Shown in pieces: positions 1 to 8,916 of a DNA stretch of 64,000 nt. The stretch is taken from positions 1,825 to 65,824 of the forward strand of contig JAUXOG010000075.1 in assembly GCA_030682385.1 (NCBI GenBank), written 5' to 3'. The translations under genes and the position numbers were made by a program. Numbering within the stretch: the stretch's first letter is position 1; every line of letters starts with the position of its first letter. Source of the stretch: Bacteroidota bacterium. GTDB lineage: Bacteria > Bacteroidota > Ignavibacteria > UBA10030 > BY39. The notes below the pieces were generated by a model. It searched no databases. It had not been told where the DNA came from and was given only the letters and a program-made list of their open reading frames with translations.

Positions 1-2751
1 TTCTGAAACTAGAAAATGTGTGTATGGCATATCACCAGAGAACTGTCGCATGAAACATAATGAAATGTTTTCTTTCAACATCTGATCCATATATTCAGGT
101 CTTCCCCAATCAACCATTTTAGGAGTATAATAAATATCTCTCACATCGAACGGTCTATATAGAATCTTTTGCCAGTACGTATCCCAATCATTATCCTTAG
201 ACAAATCAAATCTTGCCTCTTTCAACTTCCAACCTCTTGTGTCTTTCAGCTTGAATGTTTTTTCAATTATTTCATCGCTTATAGAAAGATTTCGGAATTG
301 TCTTATCCTGTTTTCAATTTCCTTTTTTTCGACACCGATAACAAAAGAATCCCGTGCTGTAACAATACCGGTTACGTTCACCGGAAAAATTTTATTAATC
401 TTATCCCACTCAAGGTAACCCTTTATCTTATCCGTATCACGCGGAATGAAAAAGTACCAAGGAGAACCGGGTTTCAATCTATTATAAAGTTTTGCCTTCA
501 GTGTATATTTACTTAGCCATTTATATTTTACTTCCCTTAAACCAAACAACTCTGAATGAAAAACTTTTGCCGGAGTTTTTAGCGGAATAATTCCGCGAAC
601 AATTATTGACTTCTTTTTAATGAATAATGCAATAGCAACACCCTGGCGTATATCAAAAACGTTTTCATCTTTGCCTCCTCCTGCCTGCCGCGCCATAAGT
701 CGCCCTGCCTCATACTCTCTTTTTAGCCATTTTCTACCAAAACCAGTCTTTAAATTCGATTCCCTTGAAACAGATTCTTCTCTGCTACTAAGTTCTTCTA
801 AGTGTATTATTTTAATCGGTAGCCGTGATTTTGTCCACGAAACTTCGCCTTTCAAATGCTCGTCAAATCTACGCCTTATATTATCTGTCTGCCCGATATA
901 AAAACTTTCATCTTTACATTTCAGAACATAAACCCAAAACGACCCTGAACGCGGCGCAGGCAGGTCGGGTGTAATTTCTTTTTTATTGCTGTTGCCGTGA
1001 AGGTCAAGAATGTAAATCTCATTGAAAGTATTCATCAAACTTTGGCGCATACCCCGGAACGTGGGGTTATCGAGATAGCTGTGATTTGTAATCATTCCAA
1101 CAATTCCAAACCCGGCTTTATGAATTTTCCATTGAGCAAAGCGTAGAAACTTCACATAATCATCTTGCAGCCAAAGTTTCTTTTCGCCAAGAGGTTTGTC
1201 ATCAACTTTATAATAACTCAGCGCACCGTCAAGATCTTCCTTTAGTAATTTTTCAGTCCAGTCGTTTATGTTAGAAGAAATTCCGCTGTAGGGTGGATTG
1301 CCGAGTATTACAAGCACCGGCTGATTCTTTTTCACTTCGGCGGCAAGATGGCTTTCTTCACTCAAAGAACTTAGTCCGGGTATGCTAATCTGTTCAAGGT
1401 CTTCGGTCTCAAGAGTATTTGTGAGATAGAGTTTAAATCTTTCATCATTTTTTAACGGATAACCGAGTTCTTCAAACAGAAAGCCCATCTTCAAATGTCC
1501 GATTGCATAAGGCGCCATCATCAATTCAAATGCATAAAAGTTTTGCAGTATTTGCCCCCTTAATAATTGACCATCCACTCCGCCTTCGCCGTAATTGGAA
1601 CTATATTCTTCGACCGCAATTTTAATTGCCTCAGCAGGAAAAGTTAATGTTCCGCCCGCAGGATCCAGTAGCGTAACATTCTCGTTTGCCAAACCATCAT
1701 AAAGATCAAAATGGGTTTTAAGTATTTGGTTAATCGAACGTACTATGTAACCCACTACCGGTTCCGGTGTATAATAAACTCCCCGCTTCTCTCTGATTGA
1801 AGGATCGTACGCCGTAAGAAAGGTTTCGTAAAAATGAATAATTGGGTCTTTACCTTTTCCTTCGGTGTAATAATCGTGCAGTATTTTTTTTACGTCTGTT
1901 ACTTTCAATACTTCAGTTATATCTTCTATTATTATCTGCAAAGATTTTGGGGGATCGCCCAAAGAGATAAAACGGAAAACATCTTTCAATATTCCGATTG
2001 TATTTGGAATAAATTTGAAAGCAAGCTCACGATTGAAGTCGCTATTCGCGCGAGTTCTTGCTGCAAAAAGTCCGTAAGTCAGTGTTTGCGAATAGAGATC
2101 GGCGAATTGTTCTTTCGTTAGAGTTCCGATTAAATACTTTTTAAAAGCTTCATAAAAACCGAGTATAGTTTTTCTGCCGGTTTTTTCTTCTTCTTCTAAC
2201 TCGATACTAACGACTTCATCTTTTAGGAAACGAGTTCTTTTTGCTAACTCGACTGCTAATGTTTTAGCGCTATTAATTTTCGGTAGAGAAAAAGAAAAGA
2301 AAAGATTCAGTAAATCGTAAAACTCGTTTTCATTCTCGACAGGGGGTGCTGTTTGAAGTTTTCGAGCTATTTTAGACCTGCCGATGGATGTTTTTGCAAT
2401 TAGTTCACCATCGCGGTATAGTCGAAACTCATAAAAATTTGTGAGAATAATATTTGGAAAAGTGTTCAGATAGCGTTGAAGCTGTCCTGTGTCTTCGATG
2501 TAGCTGAGGTTTTCGACGGATGGTTCTTTTGCTTCGATGTAGCCGGTGATATGATTTTTTCCGTCCCAAACTCTGAAATCGGGATTTCCCGCATCTGTCT
2601 TTTTTGGAAGGATGGTAATATCAACGTTCTTGATTTTGTTAGCAACAGCAAAATCTAAAAGAAGTTTTTCAAGATGTTTATAGAAACTTTCTTCACGCGC
2701 ATTACCTTTGTTAATAGTGTGCTGAAGATTTTCTAAGTAATTTTTTAACAA
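1..2751 (-). CDS. Fused Type IIL/IIG restriction-modification enzyme, MmeI-like, N-terminal PD-(D/E)XK endonuclease plus N6-adenine MTase. The 3' end lies beyond the window edge. Probable TTG start at 2749-2751.
   Basis: My reverse-strand translation reads an open frame to position 1. Nuclease motifs seen: ...GNAREESFYKHLEKLL...NPDFRVWDG...GYIEAKE... (PD..EAK) and ...NFYEFRLYRDG... Methyltransferase motifs seen: motif I LLDPAGGTLTF and motif IV VLVILGNPPYSG. After motif IV come ...ILDLHGNS... and ...GKDENVFDIRQGVAIA. The frame has no ATG after the upstream stop. This ORF is absent from the supplied track, presumably because it runs off the window edge. Confidence 0.7.
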   Translation of the reverse strand, partial: MLKNYLENLQHTINKGNAREESFYKHLEKLLLDFAVANKIKNVDITILPKKTDAGNPDFRVWDGKNHITGYIEAKEPSVENLSYIEDTGQLQRYLNTFPNIILTNFYEFRLYRDGELIAKTSIGRSKIARKLQTAPPVENENEFYDLLNLFFSFSLPKINSAKTLAVELAKRTRFLKDEVVSIELEEEEKTGRKTILGFYEAFKKYLIGTLTKEQFADLYSQTLTYGLFAARTRANSDFNRELAFKFIPNTIGILKDVFRFISLGDPPKSLQIIIEDITEVLKVTDVKKILHDYYTEGKGKDPIIHFYETFLTAYDPSIREKRGVYYTPEPVVGYIVRSINQILKTHFDLYDGLANENVTLLDPAGGTLTFPAEAIKIAVEEYSSNYGEGGVDGQLLRGQILQNFYAFELMMAPYAIGHLKMGFLFEELGYPLKNDERFKLYLTNTLETEDLEQISIPGLSSLSEESHLAAEVKKNQPVLVILGNPPYSGISSNINDWTEKLLKEDLDGALSYYKVDDKPLGEKKLWLQDDYVKFLRFAQWKIHKAGFGIVGMITNHSYLDNPTFRGMRQSLMNTFNEIYILDLHGNSNKKEITPDLPAPRSGSFWVYVLKCKDESFYIGQTDNIRRRFDEHLKGEVSWTKSRLPIKIIHLEELSSREESVSRESNLKTGFGRKWLKREYEAGRLMARQAGGGKDENVFDIRQGVAIALFIKKKSIIVRGIIPLKTPAKVFHSELFGLREVKYKWLSKYTLKAKLYNRLKPGSPWYFFIPRDTDKIKGYLEWDKINKIFPVNVTGIVTARDSFVIGVEKKEIENRIRQFRNLSISDEIIEKTFKLKDTRGWKLKEARFDLSKDNDWDTYWQKILYRPFDVRDIYYTPKMVDWGRPEYMDQMLKENISLCFMRQFSGDMPYTHFLVSE
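700..950 (-). other. In-frame GIY-YIG (UPF0213/YhbQ-type) nuclease domain embedded in the MTase domain of the RM enzyme
   Basis: Translated segment: SFWVYVLKCKDESFYIGQTDNIRRRFDEHLKGE...RESNLKTGFGRKWLKREYEAG. It lies between LDLHGNSNKKEITPD and GGGKDENVFDIRQGV of the methyltransferase. It shows the GIY/YIG hallmarks plus a conserved Arg and a distal Glu. No stop codon or frame change occurs across it. Confidence 0.6.
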
Positions 2752-2864
2752 AGATAAACCTTTAAATGATTGTTAATTCTCTCAATTTTTCAGTTAGTCA
2801 GCTGGCTAAAAACTAACAAAAAATTGATTTACTTCCAATATCATTCGTTATCCTTGATTATCGG

Positions 2865-4025
2865 TCAAGATTTTAATTTCCGTCTTAACTCATTTTCAGT
2901 TGGTAAAGTCAATTTATATTTGGAAGCAAACACCTTATTGTCTAAACCACCTAAAATGTATTTTGCAAATAAATCATCTTTCTTTGCACAAAGAATAAGC
3001 CCTATCGGATTGTTCTCATCTTCTTGTTTTTCATTCTCTTTGAAGTAGTTCAAATAAAAATTCATCTGACCTACATCTGCGTGGTCAAGGTCGCCTGTTT
3101 TTAAATCGATTAATACAAAGCATTTCAGCAGACGATTATAAAATACCAAATCAATGTAATAATGGCGATTGGCAATTGTTATTCTTTTCTGGCGGGCAAC
3201 AAATGTGAAACCCTTTCCAAGTTCCAATAAAAAATACTGGAGTTTATCGATAAGTGTTTGCTCTAATTGGCTTTCGGTATAAGCTGACTCTTCCTTAAGA
3301 TTAAGAAATTCTAAAATATAAGGGTCCTTTATTGCGTCTTCTGGTTTTTCTAAAATTTGTCCCTTTTTTGCTATTTTCATTACGGCTTTGGTATCTTTAC
3401 TGAGAGTCAATCTTTCAAAAAGCATTGAATTTATTTGCCTCTTAAGTTCTCTGACCGACCAGTTGTTCTGGAACGCTTCTTTTTCATAGAATGAACGAGC
3501 AAGTGGCTCTTCTACTTTTAGCAACTCGCAATAATGCGACCATGAAAGTATCGGTTTGAATTGAAAAGAAAGTGTCGGACGAATTTCAGATTTCCTTGAT
3601 AATACCTGAGATTTATTTCCCTTGATGAATTTCGCAGACAGTGTCTGAGTTTTTTCAGACATCTTCTTGGTTACTCTTGTTGGTATTTGAAATTTTTGTT
3701 TCTCTAAAGATTCGTCAGACAGCGTCTGACGAATTGGGAATGATTGATAAAAAAGCCTCATCATTTTTAAATTTGTTGATGAAAAACCTCTCCCAAATTT
3801 TTGTAACATATCTTTTGACAATCGCTCTATCAAACGCTCACCATATTCTCCGTGTATTCTCCCTTTCTGTTCAAACTCAACAATTTCTTTTCCGATCTCC
3901 CAATATGCTAATACTTGGGTTTGGTTTATTTCTCTAACGACTTTCCTTCTTGCGTCAGATAAAATCGAAGCGATTCGTTTGAAGAGGTTATCATAAATTT
4001 TGGGAACGATTCTTTTATATTTCAT
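2865..4025 (-). CDS. YhcG/DUF1016-family PD-(D/E)XK nuclease-like protein
   Basis: 386 aa. The C-terminal region has IDLVFYNRLLKCFVLIDLKTGDLDHADVGQMNFYLNY, typical of the DUF1016 restriction-endonuclease-like fold. It sits 113 nt upstream of the RM enzyme start on the same strand. Confidence 0.6.
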   Translation of the reverse strand: MKYKRIVPKIYDNLFKRIASILSDARRKVVREINQTQVLAYWEIGKEIVEFEQKGRIHGEYGERLIERLSKDMLQKFGRGFSSTNLKMMRLFYQSFPIRQTLSDESLEKQKFQIPTRVTKKMSEKTQTLSAKFIKGNKSQVLSRKSEIRPTLSFQFKPILSWSHYCELLKVEEPLARSFYEKEAFQNNWSVRELKRQINSMLFERLTLSKDTKAVMKIAKKGQILEKPEDAIKDPYILEFLNLKEESAYTESQLEQTLIDKLQYFLLELGKGFTFVARQKRITIANRHYYIDLVFYNRLLKCFVLIDLKTGDLDHADVGQMNFYLNYFKENEKQEDENNPIGLILCAKKDDLFAKYILGGLDNKVFASKYKLTLPTENELRRKLKS

Positions 4026-4028
4026 ATA

Positions 4029-6857
4029 TCACCACTCCACTGTGCGACTTGTTCCCCAGCCCGGGCCTAACAACATGCTGTTTAAAAATAATCTTTCGGT
4101 TCCATGAAAATATCCTCTAAAATTCGGTTCTCCGGCAAACAAAATTATCTGTCCGCTGCCCATTGATTCACGTGTAATGTATGCTGTTCTCTGCCAGCGT
4201 TCCTTCGCTTCGGGCCACAGAAGGCCAGATATACGAAGATTTTTATAATCAGCAAAGCGGGCGGGTGTTTGTACCGGACTTTTTGACAAAAAGGAATTCG
4301 ATGTGAACATTATTGCTGAAGCTTTTTTCCCTAAACCAAATGTGAGCCAGTGTTCTTCATCCAAATCTACCGACATTATTGCGCCGCGAGGCATAAACAA
4401 ACGCATAAACTCATCCTGACGTTCGAGGTTTTTTATATCCGGGGGTGTTGGTTTTTTCTCTTCCGGTTTTTTTTCAATTTCTGTATTACTCCAAATTTTT
4501 GCACTATCAATTTTAATATTTTCAGATTTTATTTCTGCTGCATTGGCTTCATCGTACAAACTAAGTTCATTCAAAGCTTGGTGTTGTAATCGAACTTTAC
4601 TCATCCCCGAAGAAGTATCTGCGAGAAATGCTGCAGCGTTTCCGATACCAATCAAAGTACCGCCATTCTCGACCCACTTTTTAATCTTACCTATTCCGTC
4701 TTTACCGAGTATTTGATTATAAGTTTGAGGACTGTTTGACGAAGGAAAAATCAGAACATTATATTTTCTCAAATCATAATTAGCGAGACCTTCGGCTGTT
4801 ATGATGCTTATGCGCTGCTTTAATCTGTAATCCAAAAGATGCCACAAAGTAGAAAAACTTCCCATACTAATTTGCCCGCTTGTAACTAAAGCGGTTCGCG
4901 GATATTCTAATAACACAAAATCGTTACCGCCTAAATCGGATCCTTTTGTGCTGAGTGCTGTATTTACACTGTAAATAGTAATGCCGGTTGTCTTTGCTAT
5001 ATTTTGAATATGTTCTGTGAGTGTTACTGGATTTTCAATCAGCCGCAATAAAATCGTGCCTCTTGAAAACGATTTACCTTCAATCTCAAAAGTTTCTTTT
5101 GCTGAACGGACTTTGTATCCCTTTTCCAGTAAACTTGCTAATGCGCTAACAGCGGCATCGTCGTAATATTCGAATAAATACCCGTAAGCCGGTTTTGGAT
5201 TCAAAACTTCTCCGGTTTTTGTTGGTATGTTTTTAATTTGAGTTAACGAACCGGTTATCTTTTTATCAGTACAATAACTTTCAACTCCATAAGCAATCGG
5301 CAGCGACCAAGCCATAACATCATACATCTCCGATTGTTTGTTTTTCTCCAATTTTTTTCTCTCTTTCTCGAGAGTTTCAGTATCCATACGCGGGTCAAAT
5401 TCTAAAATCGTTTTTGCAAGCCGCCCCATCGGTTGATCAAGATTTATGATGTATGTTCCTTTGGGTAGAACATTTTTTGCAGGTTTCGTATTCCAATAAC
5501 TACGCAAATTCTCGACTTCAATATCTTTGTCGGTAATGCTAACTTCGATATTTTGCTTTAATAATTTATCAATCAGATTATTCGAGCGGGTTAAATTTTT
5601 ACCGGGTAGGATTATGTAACTATATGGCTCACCTTTTTTAATTACCATATCTTTTTTCCGGGATACGAAAAATTCTCTCAATAATTCCTTCCGATTGTTT
5701 GAAGCTGTTGTGAGATTTGCAAAAGAACTCACAAATTGCTGATGAACAGCTTTGTGAAATGTTAGGATAGTACCGTCGGGGCGTTTAACTATCGATCCGT
5801 CTGTTTGTGCCTGCTCGTACAAAATTCCGATTGCACCGATGTAAAGCGACCAGCCGCTGCCGTAACCGGGATACCACTCGTCGTTCCACTCGCGAGTGTA
5901 ATAATTCCAACCATATTTATCGAATGCTTTCGCCTGATCTTTAGCAAAAGTGTTTCGCCATTTGAAATTGAATTCATTCATATTCGGATTGAACGGAGGA
6001 CCTGCCGGCGAGAAAAGATACGTGTCGTACGAACCCATCTCGTGTGCGTCGACGAGAAGCTGCGGGTTCCATTTTAAAACAGTTTGCACGCGTGCCTTTG
6101 ATTCAGGATGTACAAGCAAAAACCAATCGCGGTTCATATCGAACAAATAATGATTGCCGCGTCCCCAGGGCCAAGCTCCTGTATGCTGAATTGTCTGTGC
6201 GTCCGAATTTACAACTTCGCCCTGCCATTGCTGCATTTGTGCTAAATAGCGTTCTCGTCCATCCGGGTTTTCCATCGGGTCAATTAAAATTATCAATTCA
6301 TTTTTTAGTTTGATTGTGGTTTCATCTGTTCCTGCTGCAAGTTGATATGCTAACTGCACTGCGGCATCGAGACTCGAAAGCTCGTCGCCGTGTATTCCAT
6401 AAGCCATCCACGCAATCGCGAGTGTTGTTTCGATGAGTGTCAGGGCTTCTTTATCGGATGAAATTTTTCTCGGGTCTGCAAGTTTTGAAATTGAATTTTG
6501 AATTTCATTTAACATCTTAAAATTATTTTCTGAAGTTATAATGAGATGGTAAAGCGAGCGACCCTCATAAGTTTTACCAAATTCTATAAGTTGAACCTCG
6601 TTCGATTTTTCATCAAGTATTTTTAAGTAATTAACAATTGCGTCGTATCGGGTTGGTTTACTTCCAATTGGAAACCCTAAAATAGATTCAGGTGTGGGAA
6701 TATTGTTATTGTAAGTTCCTTGAGGATAGAATGGAATTACTTGTTCTTGTGTGAAGAGATTTGAAGCCGATAGAAAAATGAGAACAAACATAACGAAGAA
6801 TAAATATCGTGACATAGTTATGACCTTTATTGATGATTGATGTTGAAATAATAACAA
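4029..6857 (-). CDS. Secreted M14-family zinc carboxypeptidase. Likely real start is MSRYLFFVMFVLIF at about 6815.
   Basis: Signal-peptide-like N-terminus. Motifs HGDELSS...DPMENPDGRE...LVDAHEMG match the zinc ligands and fold of M14 peptidases. 942 aa. Confidence 0.65.
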   Translation of the reverse strand: MLLFQHQSSIKVITMSRYLFFVMFVLIFLSASNLFTQEQVIPFYPQGTYNNNIPTPESILGFPIGSKPTRYDAIVNYLKILDEKSNEVQLIEFGKTYEGRSLYHLIITSENNFKMLNEIQNSISKLADPRKISSDKEALTLIETTLAIAWMAYGIHGDELSSLDAAVQLAYQLAAGTDETTIKLKNELIILIDPMENPDGRERYLAQMQQWQGEVVNSDAQTIQHTGAWPWGRGNHYLFDMNRDWFLLVHPESKARVQTVLKWNPQLLVDAHEMGSYDTYLFSPAGPPFNPNMNEFNFKWRNTFAKDQAKAFDKYGWNYYTREWNDEWYPGYGSGWSLYIGAIGILYEQAQTDGSIVKRPDGTILTFHKAVHQQFVSSFANLTTASNNRKELLREFFVSRKKDMVIKKGEPYSYIILPGKNLTRSNNLIDKLLKQNIEVSITDKDIEVENLRSYWNTKPAKNVLPKGTYIINLDQPMGRLAKTILEFDPRMDTETLEKERKKLEKNKQSEMYDVMAWSLPIAYGVESYCTDKKITGSLTQIKNIPTKTGEVLNPKPAYGYLFEYYDDAAVSALASLLEKGYKVRSAKETFEIEGKSFSRGTILLRLIENPVTLTEHIQNIAKTTGITIYSVNTALSTKGSDLGGNDFVLLEYPRTALVTSGQISMGSFSTLWHLLDYRLKQRISIITAEGLANYDLRKYNVLIFPSSNSPQTYNQILGKDGIGKIKKWVENGGTLIGIGNAAAFLADTSSGMSKVRLQHQALNELSLYDEANAAEIKSENIKIDSAKIWSNTEIEKKPEEKKPTPPDIKNLERQDEFMRLFMPRGAIMSVDLDEEHWLTFGLGKKASAIMFTSNSFLSKSPVQTPARFADYKNLRISGLLWPEAKERWQRTAYITRESMGSGQIILFAGEPNFRGYFHGTERLFLNSMLLGPGWGTSRTVEW

Positions 6858-6931
6858 AAGTAAGTATTAATTACAAGGATTAGGAAAAAAGTGATTAGTG
6901 TTGATTAGTGAGATTAGTGGCAATCTTTTTC

Positions 6932-6969
6932 GCCACGAACCCGCCTGCCGTCGGGCAGGTTACACTAAT
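6932..6969. repeat. 38-nt GC-rich hairpin repeat (gccacgaacccgcctgccgtcgggcaggttacactaat). An exact inverted copy lies at 53733-53770.
   Basis: Exact 38/38 match to the reverse complement of 53733-53770, read directly from the sequence. It contains the stem cctgcc/ggcagg. It is preceded by three gattagtg tandem units. Confidence 0.85.
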
Positions 6970-6978
6970 AACACGAAA

Positions 6979-7434
6979 CTATTTTGGGTATTTGCCGATT
7001 AATTTCCAGACGCCGCGGTGTAAGCGGTGGAAAAAAGCCGCCGGTTCAGCGAACATTAAGATACACTCGCCATAAATAACATTGACATTCTGTTCTTTGC
7101 AGAAACGTATTGCTTCATCCGACTCAGCTCCTTGCTGTATCCAGATTTTCTGGATTCCAACACTGGAAGCTTCGCGAACAACTTTTTCAGTTTCCACCGG
7201 TTTTGTAATCACAAGCACACCGTCAACTTTTTCGGGGAGCGATTGAAGATTAGGATAACAGCGTTCATCCAAGATATTGTCTCCCTTTGGATTTACGGGA
7301 AATTCCTGATATCCCTTCGCTTTTAATTCTTTGTAAACGATATTTGAAAACTTTTTCCCTGTGTGTGAAACGTCGACGACAGCTAATTTCTTCTGAGAAA
7401 GGAATTCTTGTATAGATATTTGAGTTGACATTTT
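6979..7434 (-). CDS. CoA-binding domain protein (YccU-like)
   Basis: Segment GKKFSNIVYKELKAKGYQEFPVNPKG...VDGVLVITKPVETEKVV...GIQKIWIQQGAESDEA is typical of the CoA_binding_2 family. The start is taken at MSTQ to avoid overlapping the upstream ORF. Confidence 0.65.
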   Translation of the reverse strand, partial: KMSTQISIQEFLSQKKLAVVDVSHTGKKFSNIVYKELKAKGYQEFPVNPKGDNILDERCYPNLQSLPEKVDGVLVITKPVETEKVVREASSVGIQKIWIQQGAESDEAIRFCKEQNVNVIYGECILMFAEPAAFFHRLHRGVWKLIGKYPK

Positions 7435-7441
7435 GAATCTA

Positions 7442-7687
7442 TCATTCGGTTGATGAAGATGAGTCGATTTTAAAATCATCGCTTTCCAATATTTCGCTCG
7501 CTCTTTTTGAATCATCCTCATTAACAAATAATTTTACCCCTTGGTAGGAATAGTTCCCTGTTATTACGCGGCCTAAATCGTCAGAAGAGATGATTGAATC
7601 AATTTCATAAATTGCGAGATAATTTTTTATCATCTCGGCTTCAAATCGGCTATTACATATTTTGATGCAAGTTAATTTGTTGATCAT
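7442..7687 (-). CDS. DUF2007-like small protein (putative signal-transducing protein)
   Basis: 81 aa. The N-terminal pattern L.C.....N..EAEMIKNYL..GI matches DUF2007. Confidence 0.4.
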   Translation of the reverse strand: MINKLTCIKICNSRFEAEMIKNYLAIYEIDSIISSDDLGRVITGNYSYQGVKLFVNEDDSKRASEILESDDFKIDSSSSTE

Positions 7688-7694
7688 AGGTTTA

Positions 7695-7838
7695 TCTCAC
7701 TGATTTTTTTTTTCATCAATCCATAGTTTAATCAAATCAAGAGCCGCTTGTTTGGCGCCCTCGATACCAAATCCGTGTGTAGTTAGATCGAGTGTTGGCA
7801 GGTGGGCGTAATAATAACCATCCGGAAAATTCATTTAT
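7695..7838 (-). CDS. Small ORF (47 aa) with HicB/UPF0150-like antitoxin pattern. Possibly a remnant.
   Basis: My translation is MNFPDGYYYAHLPTLDLTTHGFGIEGAKQAALDLIKLWIDEKKNQ. It resembles the YY..IP.L....G...eEA...l.eai.l core of HicB. It is shorter than 60 aa and so absent from the ORF track. No HicA partner was found in the adjacent sequence. Confidence 0.25.
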
Positions 7839-7957
7839 ATTATACAAAAATCATTTAATAGTCACAAAGCACATGCGATTTTAGGCGTGGATGTTATGCT
7901 TATTGCAGACGGATTTGTTTGATAATAATGCGGATAGTAGGGAATCCCGAACTTGAT

Positions 7958-8622
7958 TCAGGGCTGCCTGTGTTGAGCCGCATGTCTTGCCTTATTTATT
8001 CTTTGAAAAAGAGTATAAATATATGGTCGAGTATCTCCCGAAGGCATTTGATACAGATAAGAAAAATATTTCAGCAACTTAAAATCATTACCTAAAAATT
8101 CTTCGATCATCCGGTGATCGTAATTCTTCACATCAAGACCACTGCATTTTTTTGCCCCTTCAAGAGAAAATACTCCAATAATTACAAAACCATCTTTCCT
8201 AACAAGTTTTTTTAATGTTTCAAGATATCCTTTTTGTTGGTTTTCTTCGATTAAAAAATGCAGGCCTGTTCTGTCGTGCCAAATATCAACACTTTTGATT
8301 TGTAATATATTTTTTGGATTTGTAATATCATCTACAATCCATCTAATTTTATCAGCGTCTTTAGCGTCTATCAATTTCTTCGCTCGAGCCAGCGCTGTTT
8401 CGCTAATGTCAGTAGCAACGATGTTTAAGTAAGAATCCTCTACCAAATTCTTAATTAATGTATCGCACCGGAACCAACATCTAAAATTGTAGCGTCCTTG
8501 TTAAGGTTACAACTTCTTATTAAATCTAAAGACGGTTGAGGAGTTTCTTCGTACCATCCGAGTTTGTTTATTTCATTTTTTGAATAAACATTATCCCAAT
8601 GATTTTTATAATCTATCATAAT
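7958..8622 (-). pseudogene. Class I SAM-dependent methyltransferase interrupted by a 1-nt frameshift right after motif I
   Basis: N-terminal piece (about 8459-8622): MIDYKNHWDNVYSKNEINKLGWYEETPQPSLDLIRSCNLNKDATILDVGSGAIH then a stop. C-terminal piece (7958-8446): ...TLIKNLVEDSYLNIVATDISETALARAKK... This continues the expected methyltransferase fold in a different frame. Confidence 0.55.
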
Positions 8623-8916
8623 TAGGTGTTTTCAAGTTGGGTTTTTCTTTATTAAACAGGAATTCAATATCGAATTATTATCCAAAATATATTATTTAAA
8701 AAATTCAAACTCAAATTTTAGATTCGTCTGTAAAACCTTGAAATTCAGTCTGTCCAAAGGTGTATTACCTCTTTTTGCTTCTCTCCCTACCTTTTACTAA
8801 ATTTGAATCGTTACTCGTAAATCGTTAGTCGTTAATCAGCAATCACAAATCCCTGCCCGCCGAAGTCTGCAGGACGTAGGCGGGTGAAATCATAAATCAT
8901 AAATCATAAATCTAAA

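Noticed and set aside
169-2121. Plus-strand ORFs 169-516, 620-901 and 1834-2121 in the first 2.7 kb
   Set aside because: They are antisense to a continuous, motif-rich minus-strand RM enzyme ORF. They are low-complexity and have no motifs.
5789-6313. Overlapping ORFs inside the M14 peptidase gene (5805-6077, 5950-6150, 6044-6313 plus; 5789-5977 minus)
   Set aside because: They are alternative-frame artefacts within a long, well-supported coding region.
6895-6920. gattagtg x3 tandem units considered as a CRISPR-like array
   Set aside because: Only three 8-nt units with no spacers. It is part of the intergenic repeat family.
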